DNA from: Gemmatimonadales bacterium
GTDB taxonomy: Bacteria > Gemmatimonadota > Gemmatimonadetes > Gemmatimonadales > GWC2-71-9
DNA: 64,000 nt
NCBI GenBank assembly: GCA_041615815.1
Contig: JBFJCP010000002.1
Span: 1-64,000, forward strand
Direction of reading: 5' to 3'
Position numbers and translations under genes: made by a program. Shown in pieces: positions 47,926 to 57,408 of this stretch. Every line of letters begins with the position of its first letter. Within the stretch, counting starts at the first letter, position 1. The notes below the pieces were generated by a model. The model saw only the letters and a program-made list of their open reading frames with translations. It was not told where the DNA came from and did not search any database.

Positions 47926-49083
47926 TTACGAGGCGGTGGTACGCTCGAGGGGGAGCCTCACGGTCACGGTGGACCCGCTTGGTCCGCTGCTCACCTCGAG
48001 GACTGCCCGATCGCCGTACAAGGTGCGAAGCCGCTCGCGCAGGTTTCCCAGTCCGGTGCCTTCCCGGTGCCGTTTGGGGAACCCAATGCCGTCATCACGA
48101 ACCTCGAGAGCGAGGTCACCGTTGTTTCGGCTGGCCTCGATGGCGAGCGTGCCACCGTCGAGCCGTGTGCCGAGTCCATGTCGCAGGGCGTTCTCCACCA
48201 GGGGCTGCAGGGTCATGGGAGGGAGCGGTAGATCCAACACGTCGGGAGCGATGGTCCACGCGACCTGGAGGCGGTCTCCCCACCGCTCCTGCTCCACCGC
48301 AAGATAGGCCTCGAGGTAATCGAGCTCCTCGCGGACGGTGCCGCGCCCGTTTTGCGAGCGGTCCAACGTGCGGCGCAGGATTTCAGCGAGGTTCTCGACT
48401 GTCGCCTCGGCGGCCCGTCCGTCCGTCCGCACCAGCGAGGCTACCGTATTGAGCGCGTTGAACAGGAAGTGCGGATTCATCTGCGCTTGCAGGGCGGCGA
48501 GTTGTGCTTCGGTGGCTTCGGTGCGCGCCTTGGCCGCCGCTTCCGCCTGCTCGCGTGCGTGGCGATAGAGGAAGCGCGTCGTGTCCCGCACCGTGCGAAT
48601 GGCGAAGAACACGTAGTAGCTGAACAGGGCCAGGACCACCAGCATGATAGGCTTGTCGATGGCCGAAGGAATGACGAGTCCAATGGCGAGCGCCATAAAC
48701 ACCCCACCCAGAATCGCCATCCCCGGAAGCACCAGGAGCATCTGATGAAGGTGGCGGTGCTCGGCTCGAAACCACGTCTGGACCCGGCGATCGCAAGCCA
48801 CCGCTCGGCGCTGTCCCGCCTGATGAAGGACGAACGCGGTCGTCAGCATCGTGAGACCGGTCATGCCCAACGCGAACCCCGCGAGTCGAAACGGCTCGAA
48901 CCCCTCGGTTCCTGTGACGGCATCCACGACCACGACTACCAGAACGAAAAGGAGGGAACCCACACTCAGCCAGAGTGTTCGCCTGACCTGGGTCGGGGCG
49001 TCCGCCACGGTCGCCGCCAGGATCTGCCGAGTGGACCACTCCAACGATTCCCCAGAGGGGATTTGATTCTCTTGATCGGACAT
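47926..49083 (-). CDS. LytS/YehU-type sensor histidine kinase
   Basis: 4 TM helices; LQAQMNPHFLFNALN, LQPLVENA..HG, GTGL.N..ERL. Confidence 0.93.
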   Translation of the reverse strand: MSDQENQIPSGESLEWSTRQILAATVADAPTQVRRTLWLSVGSLLFVLVVVVVDAVTGTEGFEPFRLAGFALGMTGLTMLTTAFVLHQAGQRRAVACDRRVQTWFRAEHRHLHQMLLVLPGMAILGGVFMALAIGLVIPSAIDKPIMLVVLALFSYYVFFAIRTVRDTTRFLYRHAREQAEAAAKARTEATEAQLAALQAQMNPHFLFNALNTVASLVRTDGRAAEATVENLAEILRRTLDRSQNGRGTVREELDYLEAYLAVEQERWGDRLQVAWTIAPDVLDLPLPPMTLQPLVENALRHGLGTRLDGGTLAIEASRNNGDLALEVRDDGIGFPKRHREGTGLGNLRERLRTLYGDRAVLEVSSGPSGSTVTVRLPLERTTAS

Positions 49084-49338
49084 GCCACGTAATCTCGCCG
49101 TTTCCTCGCCGTCAGGCGACCCGTTGCATGATACCAGATACGCGCTCGCGTACTACCGGAGCACCCCCGAACGGTCGGGAAACGGGGCCGGGCGGCTAGT
49201 CTCGGAGCTCGAGTGGTGGATGGGGTCGACTCCTTCGTACCGGCGCGGAACTTGAAGCTATCTGGTGAATTGGCCCGGATGGCGCCTTTCCAGGTCTTCG
49301 CCTTGACGTGGGTGGGCCGCCCCATTTCTATACGCGCC

Positions 49339-49413
49339 ATGAGCTTGACCGCCAGCGCTCCGCACGGACATACGGGTCACCACCCGGGATCGAAGGGGTC
49401 CCCACCCGTGTAG
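49339..49413 (+). CDS. hisL: His operon leader peptide MSLTASAPHGHTGHHPGSKGSPPV
   Basis: 24-aa ORF with 4 His codons within 7 residues, directly upstream of a terminator and hisG. Confidence 0.8.
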   Translation: MSLTASAPHGHTGHHPGSKGSPPV

Positions 49414-49440
49414 TCCGGACGCCAGTGCTGCTCTCACGCC

Positions 49441-49484
49441 ACAGCGACGCCGGGCCCGCGGGTCCGGCGTCGCTGTTTTGTCTT
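49441..49484 (+). terminator. His attenuator terminator
   Basis: ACAGCGACGCCGGGCC-CGCG-GGTCCGGCGTCGCTGT followed by TTTGTCTT. Confidence 0.85.
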
Positions 49485-49540
49485 CGCGGGGGCGGTCGAC
49501 GCCCTCCCGCTGGAACGAGGTCCGAAAGCGAGTTCGGTCG

Positions 49541-50401
49541 ATGACATCACCGCTGCACCTAGGCCTTCCGAAGGGCCGGATGGAGCCCGAGGTCTCGCGG
49601 CTTTTGACCGATGCGGGAATCCGCATCACACCCACAGCACGCGGATACCGGCCACAGCTCTCACTGCACGATACGGAAGCCAAGGTCCTCAAGCCGCAGA
49701 ACATCGTGGAGATGCTGGCCCTCGGGAGCCGCGACGTCGGCTTTGCGGGAGCCGATTGGGTGGCCGAGCTCGAAGCGAGCGTCGTCGAGATATTGGACAC
49801 AGGGCTCGATCCGGTCCGCCTCGTTGCGGCGGCGCCGGTGACCCTGCTCGAGCACGGGAAGCTGCCACACCGGCGTCTGGTCATCGCGTCGGAATTCGAA
49901 CGGTTGACTCAAGCCTGGATTGATCGACGGGGGCTACACGCCGAGGTCGTGCGCTCGTACGGTGCTACCGAGGTGTTCCCACCGGAAGATGCGGATGTCA
50001 TCGTGGACATCGCCGCGAGCGGTGCCACACTCCGCGCCAACGACTTGGTGGAGGTGGACGAGCTCATGCGGTCCTCCACCCGGCTGTATGCGAGTCCTCA
50101 GGCCATGGCGGACGCGGTCAAACGGAGACGAATCGAAGATCTCAAGCTGATTCTCTCGAGCGTGATCGAAGCTCGCCGCCGCGTGATGGTCGAGGTGAAC
50201 GCCTCTGCGGAGTGTCTGGACGCCGTGGTCGCGGCCCTCCCGTCGATGCGTCGGCCGACGGTGGCACCGCTCTTTGGCAACAGTGGCTATGCGGTGCGCG
50301 CCGCGGTCCCGCGCCACATGCTGCACCGTGTGATCCCGGCGCTCAAAGCCGCCGGGGGCAGTGACGTCGTCGTGACCGAGCTGGGCCAAATCGTTCCATG
50401 A
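49541..50401 (+). CDS. hisG: ATP phosphoribosyltransferase (long form)
   Basis: GLPKGRM, D.GF.G.DW..E, GATE, D.IVD...SG.TLRAN.L, C-terminal regulatory domain. Confidence 0.95.
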   Translation: MTSPLHLGLPKGRMEPEVSRLLTDAGIRITPTARGYRPQLSLHDTEAKVLKPQNIVEMLALGSRDVGFAGADWVAELEASVVEILDTGLDPVRLVAAAPVTLLEHGKLPHRRLVIASEFERLTQAWIDRRGLHAEVVRSYGATEVFPPEDADVIVDIAASGATLRANDLVEVDELMRSSTRLYASPQAMADAVKRRRIEDLKLILSSVIEARRRVMVEVNASAECLDAVVAALPSMRRPTVAPLFGNSGYAVRAAVPRHMLHRVIPALKAAGGSDVVVTELGQIVP

Positions 50402-51453
50402 CACAGCATCCACCGGGCCCCGCGCCGCGCACGAGTGAGAGACCGTACCATCGCTTGCCCATGGCCGGGACTTCGCTCAAGCTCGATGCCAACGAGGGCG
50501 CGCGACCACCGCAAGATCTCGTCGATACCGTGCGGGAAGCCGGTGCGGAGCTGCTCCGGCGATACCCCAATACATCGGATTTGGAGGTGGCGCTGGCCGA
50601 GCGGTTGGGTATCGATCCGCAGCGCGTGTACGCCACCGCCGGGGCCGACGATGCCATCCAACGATGCTGTTGGGCGTTCTTGCGTCCCGGGCGCGAAGCT
50701 CTCTTACCCAAGCCGGGGTTCTATCTCTTCGAGCGATGTGCGCGGCTGTTGGGAAACCCGATCGTGCCCGTACCTTGGCTCGAGGGTCCGTTTCCCCGCG
50801 ACGCATTCCTGCAAGGCGTGAGCGGCGCCACCGCCCTGGTGGCCATCATCTCCCCCAGTAATCCCACCGGAGCCGTGGCGACCTTCGACGACGTGCACAC
50901 GATCGCACGCCACACGCCACGCGCCCTCGTGGTGCTCGATCACGCATACGTCGAGTACGCCGACGAGGATTTGACCGCCGGCGTCCAGGATTTCCCGAAC
51001 GTCGTGGTGCTCAGGACCCTCTCGAAGGCATGGGGACTTGCCGGGTGCCGCGTGGGATACGTGATTGGGGCGCCGGAGGTGCTCGAGCCCCTCCGAGCGG
51101 CTGGCCAACCGTACAGCGTTGCAGCCCCCTCGGCCGCCATGGCCCGCCAGCACGTGACGACGGGCAAAGACACCGTCGTAGCCCATGTGTCCCGGGTACG
51201 AGAGGAGCGCCGCTTGTTGACTTCCACACTCCAGCGCCTCGGACTGCGGCCGTTGCCGTCACAAGCAAACTTCATCCTCGTGGACTGCGCCGATCGTGCA
51301 GCAGGGATACACAAGGCACTCGAGGACCACGGCATCGTGGTCCGCGCGTTCCCGGAGGACGAAGACCTGGCCACCTTCCTTCGGATCACCTTGCCCGGCG
51401 ACGAACGGGAGTTCGCTCAGTTGACCCGAGCGCTGACCGAGGTCCTCGCATGA
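50398..51453 (+). CDS. hisC: Histidinol-phosphate aminotransferase
   Basis: [32 protein letters not shown]. Confidence 0.93.
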   Translation: MTQHPPGPAPRTSERPYHRLPMAGTSLKLDANEGARPPQDLVDTVREAGAELLRRYPNTSDLEVALAERLGIDPQRVYATAGADDAIQRCCWAFLRPGREALLPKPGFYLFERCARLLGNPIVPVPWLEGPFPRDAFLQGVSGATALVAIISPSNPTGAVATFDDVHTIARHTPRALVVLDHAYVEYADEDLTAGVQDFPNVVVLRTLSKAWGLAGCRVGYVIGAPEVLEPLRAAGQPYSVAAPSAAMARQHVTTGKDTVVAHVSRVREERRLLTSTLQRLGLRPLPSQANFILVDCADRAAGIHKALEDHGIVVRAFPEDEDLATFLRITLPGDEREFAQLTRALTEVLA

Positions 51454-52043
51454 CGATTCGAGCCGCGAGTATCGAACGGAAGACGGGTGAGACGTCCGTT
51501 ACGGTGACCCTGACCGTCGATGGACGCGGGTCCGCATCCGTCGAGACCGGCATCGGATTCCTCGACCATTTGCTGACCGCTCTCGCCCGGCACGCCCGTT
51601 TCGATTTGATCCTCCGATGTCAGGGTGATCTGGAGGTGGACGATCATCACACGGCCGAGGACTGCGCCCTCGCGCTGGGATCCGCCCTGGATCAGGCACT
51701 CGGCGAGCGACAGGGGATCACGCGATTCGGTGATGCGCTGACTCCTCTCGACGAGGCGCTTGCTCGGGCCGCGGTCGATCTCTCCGGACGACCGTTTGCC
51801 GATGTCACGCTCGGTCTGACCCGAGACCGCCTCGGCGCGCTCTCCTGCGAGAACGTGGAGCACGTCCTGTCCTCGCTGGCCACAGCGGCTCGGATGACCT
51901 TACACGTGGACTGTCTCAAGGGCCGCAACGATCATCACCGCGCGGAAGCGGCATTCAAGGCGGTCGCATTGGCACTCCGCCGGGCGGTTGCGCCGTCTGG
52001 GTTCGACGACGTTCCCTCCACAAAGGGTACCTTGGGAGACTGA
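51450..52043 (+). CDS. hisB: Imidazoleglycerol-phosphate dehydratase (monofunctional)
   Basis: [37 protein letters not shown]. Confidence 0.95.
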   Translation: MTIRAASIERKTGETSVTVTLTVDGRGSASVETGIGFLDHLLTALARHARFDLILRCQGDLEVDDHHTAEDCALALGSALDQALGERQGITRFGDALTPLDEALARAAVDLSGRPFADVTLGLTRDRLGALSCENVEHVLSSLATAARMTLHVDCLKGRNDHHRAEAAFKAVALALRRAVAPSGFDDVPSTKGTLGD

Positions 52044-52048
52044 CGGGC

Positions 52049-53434
52049 GTGACCGAGATCGTCATCGTGGACTCGGGTGTCGCCAACCTGGCCTCCGTGA
52101 CCAGTGCGTTCCGTCGGCTCGGCTACGGTGCGCGGATCAGCACGTCGCCAGAAGAGATTCACACGGCCCCATGGGTCGTGCTTCCCGGCGTGGGGGCGTT
52201 CGGCGCCGGCATGCGGGCGCTCCGGGCGCATGGCCTCGACGTGGCGCTGCGCGAACGAGTGCGCGAGGATCGCCCGTTCCTGGCAGTCTGTCTCGGACTT
52301 CAGCTGCTCACCGACGCAAGCGACGAGGACCCGGGTATCGCCGGTCTCGGCATCGTTCCGGGTACCTGCCGCCGACTGCCGCCAAGCGTCCGGGTGCCGC
52401 ACCTGGGTTGGAACCGGGTGGAACCCGATGGGCGTTGTCGCTTGGTTGCGAGCGGTGACGCCGCGTTCGCCAATTCGTATTGCCTCGAGCAGCCGCCGCG
52501 CGGATGGCATCACGCCAGCTCTACGCACGGGATCTCCTTCGTCGCCGCACTGGAGCGCGGCGCGGTTCTCGCCTGCCAGTTTCATCCCGAGCTCTCGGGA
52601 ACTTGGGGACTTGCGTTGCTCGAGCGGTGGGTGCGCGGGACGACGCTGCAAGCGTCAGGCCCACCGGTGAATGGTAACCGGGGGCTCATTCGCCGGCTCA
52701 TCCCGTGCCTCGACGTGCGGGACGGACGCGTCGTGAAGGGCGTGCAGTTTCAGGAACTCCGCGATGCGGGGGACCCGGCCGAGCGAGCCGCCCTCTACGA
52801 ACGGCAGGGTGCTGATGAGATCGTGATGCTGGACGTTGCCGCATCCCCGCACGCGCGAGACACCCAGACCGAGACCGTGCGCCGCGTGCGTGCGGCCATC
52901 ACCATCCCCCTGACCGTCGGGGGCGGGGTTCGGTCCGTCGACGATGCACGCCGTCTGTTGGAGGCCGGGGCCGACAAGGTGAGCGTCAACACCGCCGCCG
53001 TGCGCCGCCCGGCGTTGTTGGGTGAGATGGCTGCGGCGTTCGGGAGTCAGTGTACGGTGCTCGCCATCGACGCGCGGCAACGTGGCGACCGTTGGGGGGT
53101 GGTGGTCATGGGCGGGCGGGACGCCACCGAATTCGACGCCGTGCAGTGGGCCCGCCAGGGGGTGTCCGAAGGTGCGGGCGAGATTCTCCTCACGAGCTGG
53201 GATCGCGACGGGACGCGGAAGGGGTGCGATCTCGCGCTCATCAGCGCGGCAGCTCGGGCGGTGTCCGTCCCCATCATCGCCTCCGGTGGTATCGGATCCC
53301 ACGACGACGCGGCCGCAGCCATCGAGGCGGGTGCCGAGGCCGTTCTCGCGGCATCCATCTTCCACGACGACGACGCCTCCGTGATGGATGTGAAAGCGTC
53401 CCTCGCCGCGCGGGGCGTTCGAGTGCGCCGATGA
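52049..53434 (+). CDS. hisHF: Fused IGP synthase HisH-HisF
   Basis: LPGVG.F, CLGLQ, QFHPE, then RLIPCLDV.DGRVVKGV.F, TVGGG, GADKV..N, LLTS.DRDGT, IASGG in one ORF. Confidence 0.93.
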   Translation: MTEIVIVDSGVANLASVTSAFRRLGYGARISTSPEEIHTAPWVVLPGVGAFGAGMRALRAHGLDVALRERVREDRPFLAVCLGLQLLTDASDEDPGIAGLGIVPGTCRRLPPSVRVPHLGWNRVEPDGRCRLVASGDAAFANSYCLEQPPRGWHHASSTHGISFVAALERGAVLACQFHPELSGTWGLALLERWVRGTTLQASGPPVNGNRGLIRRLIPCLDVRDGRVVKGVQFQELRDAGDPAERAALYERQGADEIVMLDVAASPHARDTQTETVRRVRAAITIPLTVGGGVRSVDDARRLLEAGADKVSVNTAAVRRPALLGEMAAAFGSQCTVLAIDARQRGDRWGVVVMGGRDATEFDAVQWARQGVSEGAGEILLTSWDRDGTRKGCDLALISAAARAVSVPIIASGGIGSHDDAAAAIEAGAEAVLAASIFHDDDASVMDVKASLAARGVRVRR

Positions 53435-54699
53435 TCGTCCCGAGCATCGATCTCATGAACGGTCGCGCCGTGCAGCTTCGCCGGGGCCGCCACCATGCGC
53501 TCGACGGTGGTGATCCACTTGCGCGCCTCGAGGAGTTTTCGGTGGCTGGGGAAGTCGCGGTGGTCGATCTGGATGCCGCCCTGGGCCGCGGATCCAACAA
53601 GCCACTGATCCGTCAGATGGTGCGGCGCGCCCCGTGTCGGGTCGGTGGCGGTATTCGCTCGTTGGATGCCGCCGTCGATTGGTTGGACGCTGGCGCGATG
53701 AGAGTGATGCTGGGCACGGCCGCATCGCCCGAACTCTGCGGTGCCCTTCCCAGAGACAGGGTCATCGCCGCCGTGGACGCGGATCGTCGCGAGGTGGTGG
53801 TGGACGGCTGGCGATCACGAACCGGCCGGGAGGTGATCGACGTGGTCCGCGAGCTCGCGCCGTTCGTGGGCGGGTTCCTCCTGACGCAGGTCGAGCGCGA
53901 GGGGATGCTGGGAGGATTCGATATGGTGCTCGTGGAGGAAACCGTTGAACACGCTGGCGACGCACGCGTCACAGCCGCGGGTGGGATCGTCACGGCAGAG
54001 CATGTGGCTGCACTGGATGCGCTGGGTGCCGATGCACAAGTCGGCATGGCCCTCTACACCGCACGCCTGGCATTGGGCGATGCCATCGGCGCGCCACTCC
54101 CGGCGGGCGAGCTGTGGCCCACGGTCGTCTGCGACGAAGGCGGCTTGGCGCTGGGCCTCGCCTGGAGTACCCATGAGTCCCTGACCCTGGCGGTGGCTGA
54201 GCGTCGGGGAATCTACTGGTCTCGTTCCCGGAATGCCCTTTGGGTCAAAGGCGAGACGTCGGGCAACCGGCAGGTACTCCTCCGGGTGGATGTCGACTGC
54301 GATCGTGACGCCTTGCGGTTCACCGTGCGGCAAGAGGGCACCGGATTCTGTCACCGTGGCACACCGAGCTGTTGGGGAGACGACTTTTCCGTGGCGGCGC
54401 TCGCCGGTTTGCTCGCGGTGCGAGGTCAATCCCGCGACACCCGGTCTGGTACTGCCAAGCTGTTTGCCGATCCTGCGCTGCTGTCCGCGAAGCTTCGGGA
54501 AGAGGCTGCCGAGCTCGCCGGCGCCGCGACCGACGCGGACACGGTGCACGAGGCTGCAGACGTCCTGTATTTCGTTCTTGCGGCGCTCGCTCGCCGAGGC
54601 CTGTCGTTTCACGACGTCGAAGCGGAACTCGCTCGACGAAATCGGACCGTTTCCCGTCGCCCCATGGCGCCCAAGCCAGGAACCGGGGAGTCACCGTGA
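53431..54699 (+). CDS. hisAIE: Fused HisA-HisI-HisE
   Basis: IVPSIDL..G.AVQL, VVDLDAA, VGGGIR; then YWSRSR..LWVKGETSG, DCDRD, CH.G..SC; then KL.EEA.EL, HEAAD.LY. Confidence 0.9.
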   Translation: MIVPSIDLMNGRAVQLRRGRHHALDGGDPLARLEEFSVAGEVAVVDLDAALGRGSNKPLIRQMVRRAPCRVGGGIRSLDAAVDWLDAGAMRVMLGTAASPELCGALPRDRVIAAVDADRREVVVDGWRSRTGREVIDVVRELAPFVGGFLLTQVEREGMLGGFDMVLVEETVEHAGDARVTAAGGIVTAEHVAALDALGADAQVGMALYTARLALGDAIGAPLPAGELWPTVVCDEGGLALGLAWSTHESLTLAVAERRGIYWSRSRNALWVKGETSGNRQVLLRVDVDCDRDALRFTVRQEGTGFCHRGTPSCWGDDFSVAALAGLLAVRGQSRDTRSGTAKLFADPALLSAKLREEAAELAGAATDADTVHEAADVLYFVLAALARRGLSFHDVEAELARRNRTVSRRPMAPKPGTGESP

Positions 54700-55979
54700 C
54701 GAGGGTGTGGCTCGCTGCACGGTCCGTGGACGAGATACTCCAGCACCGGGTCGACGCCGTGAGTAGCGAGGCCTTGGGGACCGCGGAACCCATCGTTCGA
54801 GATGTGCGGAGCCGAGGCGACGTCGCGCTGCGCGAGTACGCGGAGCGATTTGGCGAGGTCGGCCCAGATGATCCGCTCTTCATTGTGGGGCCCGGTCTGG
54901 CCCGAGCGCTCGACGCTCTCTCACCCGACGATCGCCGACTCCTCGGCGCGACGGCGGAGCGCATTCGCGCGTTTGCCGACGCGCAACGCGGCGCCCTGAC
55001 CAACATCACGGTACCCGTCGAGGGCGGGCACGCCGGTCATACCGCACAGCCCGTGGAGCGGGCCGGTTGTTACGCCCCAGGGGGCCGGTATCCCCTTCCC
55101 TCCTCGGTCCTCATGACGGCACTCACTGCGAAGGCCGCGGGTGTTGCCAGCGTGTGGGTCGCAAGCCCGCAGCCGACGCCCGTCACGCTGGCGGCGGCGG
55201 CCATGGCAGGGGTGGAGGGCGTGATCGCAGCCGGTGGGGCACACGCGGTGGCGGCGCTCGCGTATGGCGCCGGCCCCGTACCACCGAGCGACGTCATCGT
55301 TGGACCGGGCAACCGATACGTGACGGCGGCCAAGTATCTCGTTTCCCGCTCGGTTCGCATCGACCAGTTCGCGGGGCCCTCCGAACTCCTCGTGCTCGCC
55401 GACGACACGGCGAATCCCGCGCTCGTCGCCGCGGATCTCCTGGCCCAGGCGGAACACGACCCCGACGCACTTCCGGTGCTCGTGACGACTTCGCCTTCGC
55501 TCGTGGAGAGGGTGCGTCACGAGATCGACCAACAGCTCGCCGAGCTCCCGACGGCGGACGTGGCCCGCGCCGCCCTTCGGAATGGCGGCGTGGTCCTCGT
55601 GGCATCGCAGACCGAAGCCGTCGCGGCGTGCGATAGGATCGCGCCGGAGCACCTGGAGGTGATGACTCGCAACGCCAAAGACACGGCCGGCAAGCTCCAG
55701 CACTACGGGGCATTGTTCATCGGAGAGGGCGCCGCCGAGGTGCTCGGTGACTACGGCGTCGGGCCCAACCACGTGCTGCCCACCGGGGGGTCCGCCCGCG
55801 CTACCGGTGGATTGTCCGTCCTGACGTTCCTCCGGGTCCGAACATGGCTCGAGATCGACGACCTCGAGAACGCACGACCCGCTGCCGAACGTGCCATGTG
55901 GCTTGGACGGCTCGAGGGCCTCGAGGCCCACGCGCGGTCCGCGGAACGGAGGCTGAGTCACCGGCGCGTGACTGGATAA
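54696..55979 (+). CDS. hisD: Histidinol dehydrogenase
   Basis: Y.PGG...LPSSVLM, GGAHAVAALAYG, GPGN.YV..AK, AGPSE, QAEHD, APEHL, GDY..GPNHVLPT. Confidence 0.96.
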   Translation: MTRVWLAARSVDEILQHRVDAVSSEALGTAEPIVRDVRSRGDVALREYAERFGEVGPDDPLFIVGPGLARALDALSPDDRRLLGATAERIRAFADAQRGALTNITVPVEGGHAGHTAQPVERAGCYAPGGRYPLPSSVLMTALTAKAAGVASVWVASPQPTPVTLAAAAMAGVEGVIAAGGAHAVAALAYGAGPVPPSDVIVGPGNRYVTAAKYLVSRSVRIDQFAGPSELLVLADDTANPALVAADLLAQAEHDPDALPVLVTTSPSLVERVRHEIDQQLAELPTADVARAALRNGGVVLVASQTEAVAACDRIAPEHLEVMTRNAKDTAGKLQHYGALFIGEGAAEVLGDYGVGPNHVLPTGGSARATGGLSVLTFLRVRTWLEIDDLENARPAAERAMWLGRLEGLEAHARSAERRLSHRRVTG

Positions 55980-56030
55980 CGAGAGGCCAACTTCCCGAGA
56001 ACCAGCCGGCCCCTGCATTTTCGAGAGTCT

Positions 56031-56882
56031 ATGCGTTACCGCGAGTATCGAGCTGGATCCCGGTTGGGACCGTATGTGACCTGTCTCTGGACCCTGGACG
56101 GGCCCCCAGGGGAAGGGGCACCGGAACCGGTGTTCCCCGATGGCAACATGGAGCTGGTGTTCAACTTCGGTGAGCCGTTCAGACACCATGCGCGCAGCCA
56201 TGCCGTCTCACAACCCGCGAGTTTGGTGGTGGGTCAGATCACCGGCCCCATGCACATAGCACCGACCGGGCGGATCGACATCCTCGGCATCCGCTTTCGT
56301 CCGGGCGAAGCTCACCGCTTCATTCCCATACCGCAGGATGATCTCAGCGACCGGTGGTTCGCGCTCGCCGAGTTGGACACGCGGCTACCGCCGCATCTGC
56401 ACGAGCGTTTGGGTGATCAGCCCGCGGGGCCGGCGCGGATCCGGATGGCGTGCCGGGCGCTCGAAGCGGCACTCGGCGCCCAAAGCAAGGACCTGGCCGT
56501 TCGCCATGCGTGCCAACACATTCGTCGGCACGAGGGTCGAATCTCGGTGAGCCATCTCGCACGCGAGGCTTGCCTCACGCCCCGCCAACTGGAACGCCGT
56601 TTTGCACGAGAAGTCGGCCTATCACCCAAAATGCTATGCCGCATCACGCGCTTTCAGTCCCTGCTTCGTGCGGTGGAATGCGATACGGAACACCGGTGGA
56701 GTGCTGTGGCGCATCGATTCGGCTACTACGATCAAGCCCATATGATCAGAGACTTCCGGGCCTTCACAGGACAAACGCCAGGAGCATACCTCCGCTCGAC
56801 CCCGGCCCTCGGCGAGCTATTCGTCGAGGGCTCACCGGAGGTGTCGGATTTTTCCAAGACCGACGCACGGTCTGCGCATTAG
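56031..56882 (+). CDS. AraC-family transcriptional regulator (DUF6597 N-domain)
   Basis: PDG..ELVF, GIRF.P, RQLERRF...VG.SPK...RI.RF, GYYDQAH.IRDFR.FTG.TP. Confidence 0.9.
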   Translation: MRYREYRAGSRLGPYVTCLWTLDGPPGEGAPEPVFPDGNMELVFNFGEPFRHHARSHAVSQPASLVVGQITGPMHIAPTGRIDILGIRFRPGEAHRFIPIPQDDLSDRWFALAELDTRLPPHLHERLGDQPAGPARIRMACRALEAALGAQSKDLAVRHACQHIRRHEGRISVSHLAREACLTPRQLERRFAREVGLSPKMLCRITRFQSLLRAVECDTEHRWSAVAHRFGYYDQAHMIRDFRAFTGQTPGAYLRSTPALGELFVEGSPEVSDFSKTDARSAH

Positions 56883-56913
56883 CGTACGGAACCTGCCACC
56901 GAGGAGTCACAAC

Positions 56914-57408
56914 GTGTGGATTCGATTAGGGGTGATCATCATTCCGCTGTTCCTCATTGCGGGAGGTTCGCATGCCATCGGCTTCGCAGATGCAGCCGGA
57001 GGGCTGGCGGAACTCAGCTTCATGACGGGATGTTGGCAAGGCTCGTTCCAGTCCCGCAGCGGAACCGGCATCATCGAGGAGCACTACACGACTCCCTCCA
57101 GCAACGTCATGCTAGGCACCACTCGCTACTTGATGGGCGAGCGGACCGTGCAATTCGAACTCACGGTGATCCGCGAAGACTCGAGCGGCGTGTGGCTCAC
57201 CCCGTATCCGGGTGGGCGGCGCTCGGAGCACGATTTTCGACTCACGCACGTGGAAGACGGACAAGCGCTATTCGAAGCTCCGGAGCACGACTATCCAACA
57301 CGGATCTGGTACACCCGGGACGGGGAGAGCGGCCTGAGCGCACGAATCGACGGTGGGGAGGGCGATGCGGGGCGGGGCTGGCGCCTTTTGCGCACCGATT
57401 GCTTCTAG
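56914..57408 (+). CDS. DUF6265-like secreted protein
   Basis: L.F..G.W, EE.Y..P....M.G, FE.P.HDYP.RI.Y. Confidence 0.75.
   Translation: MWIRLGVIIIPLFLIAGGSHAIGFADAAGGLAELSFMTGCWQGSFQSRSGTGIIEEHYTTPSSNVMLGTTRYLMGERTVQFELTVIREDSSGVWLTPYPGGRRSEHDFRLTHVEDGQALFEAPEHDYPTRIWYTRDGESGLSARIDGGEGDAGRGWRLLRTDCF

Noticed and set aside
46353..48452. Long antisense ORFs (also 32454-34004, 35136-36743, 22913-24358, 28368-29594)
   Set aside because: Shadow frames of well-supported genes on the opposite strand in high-GC DNA
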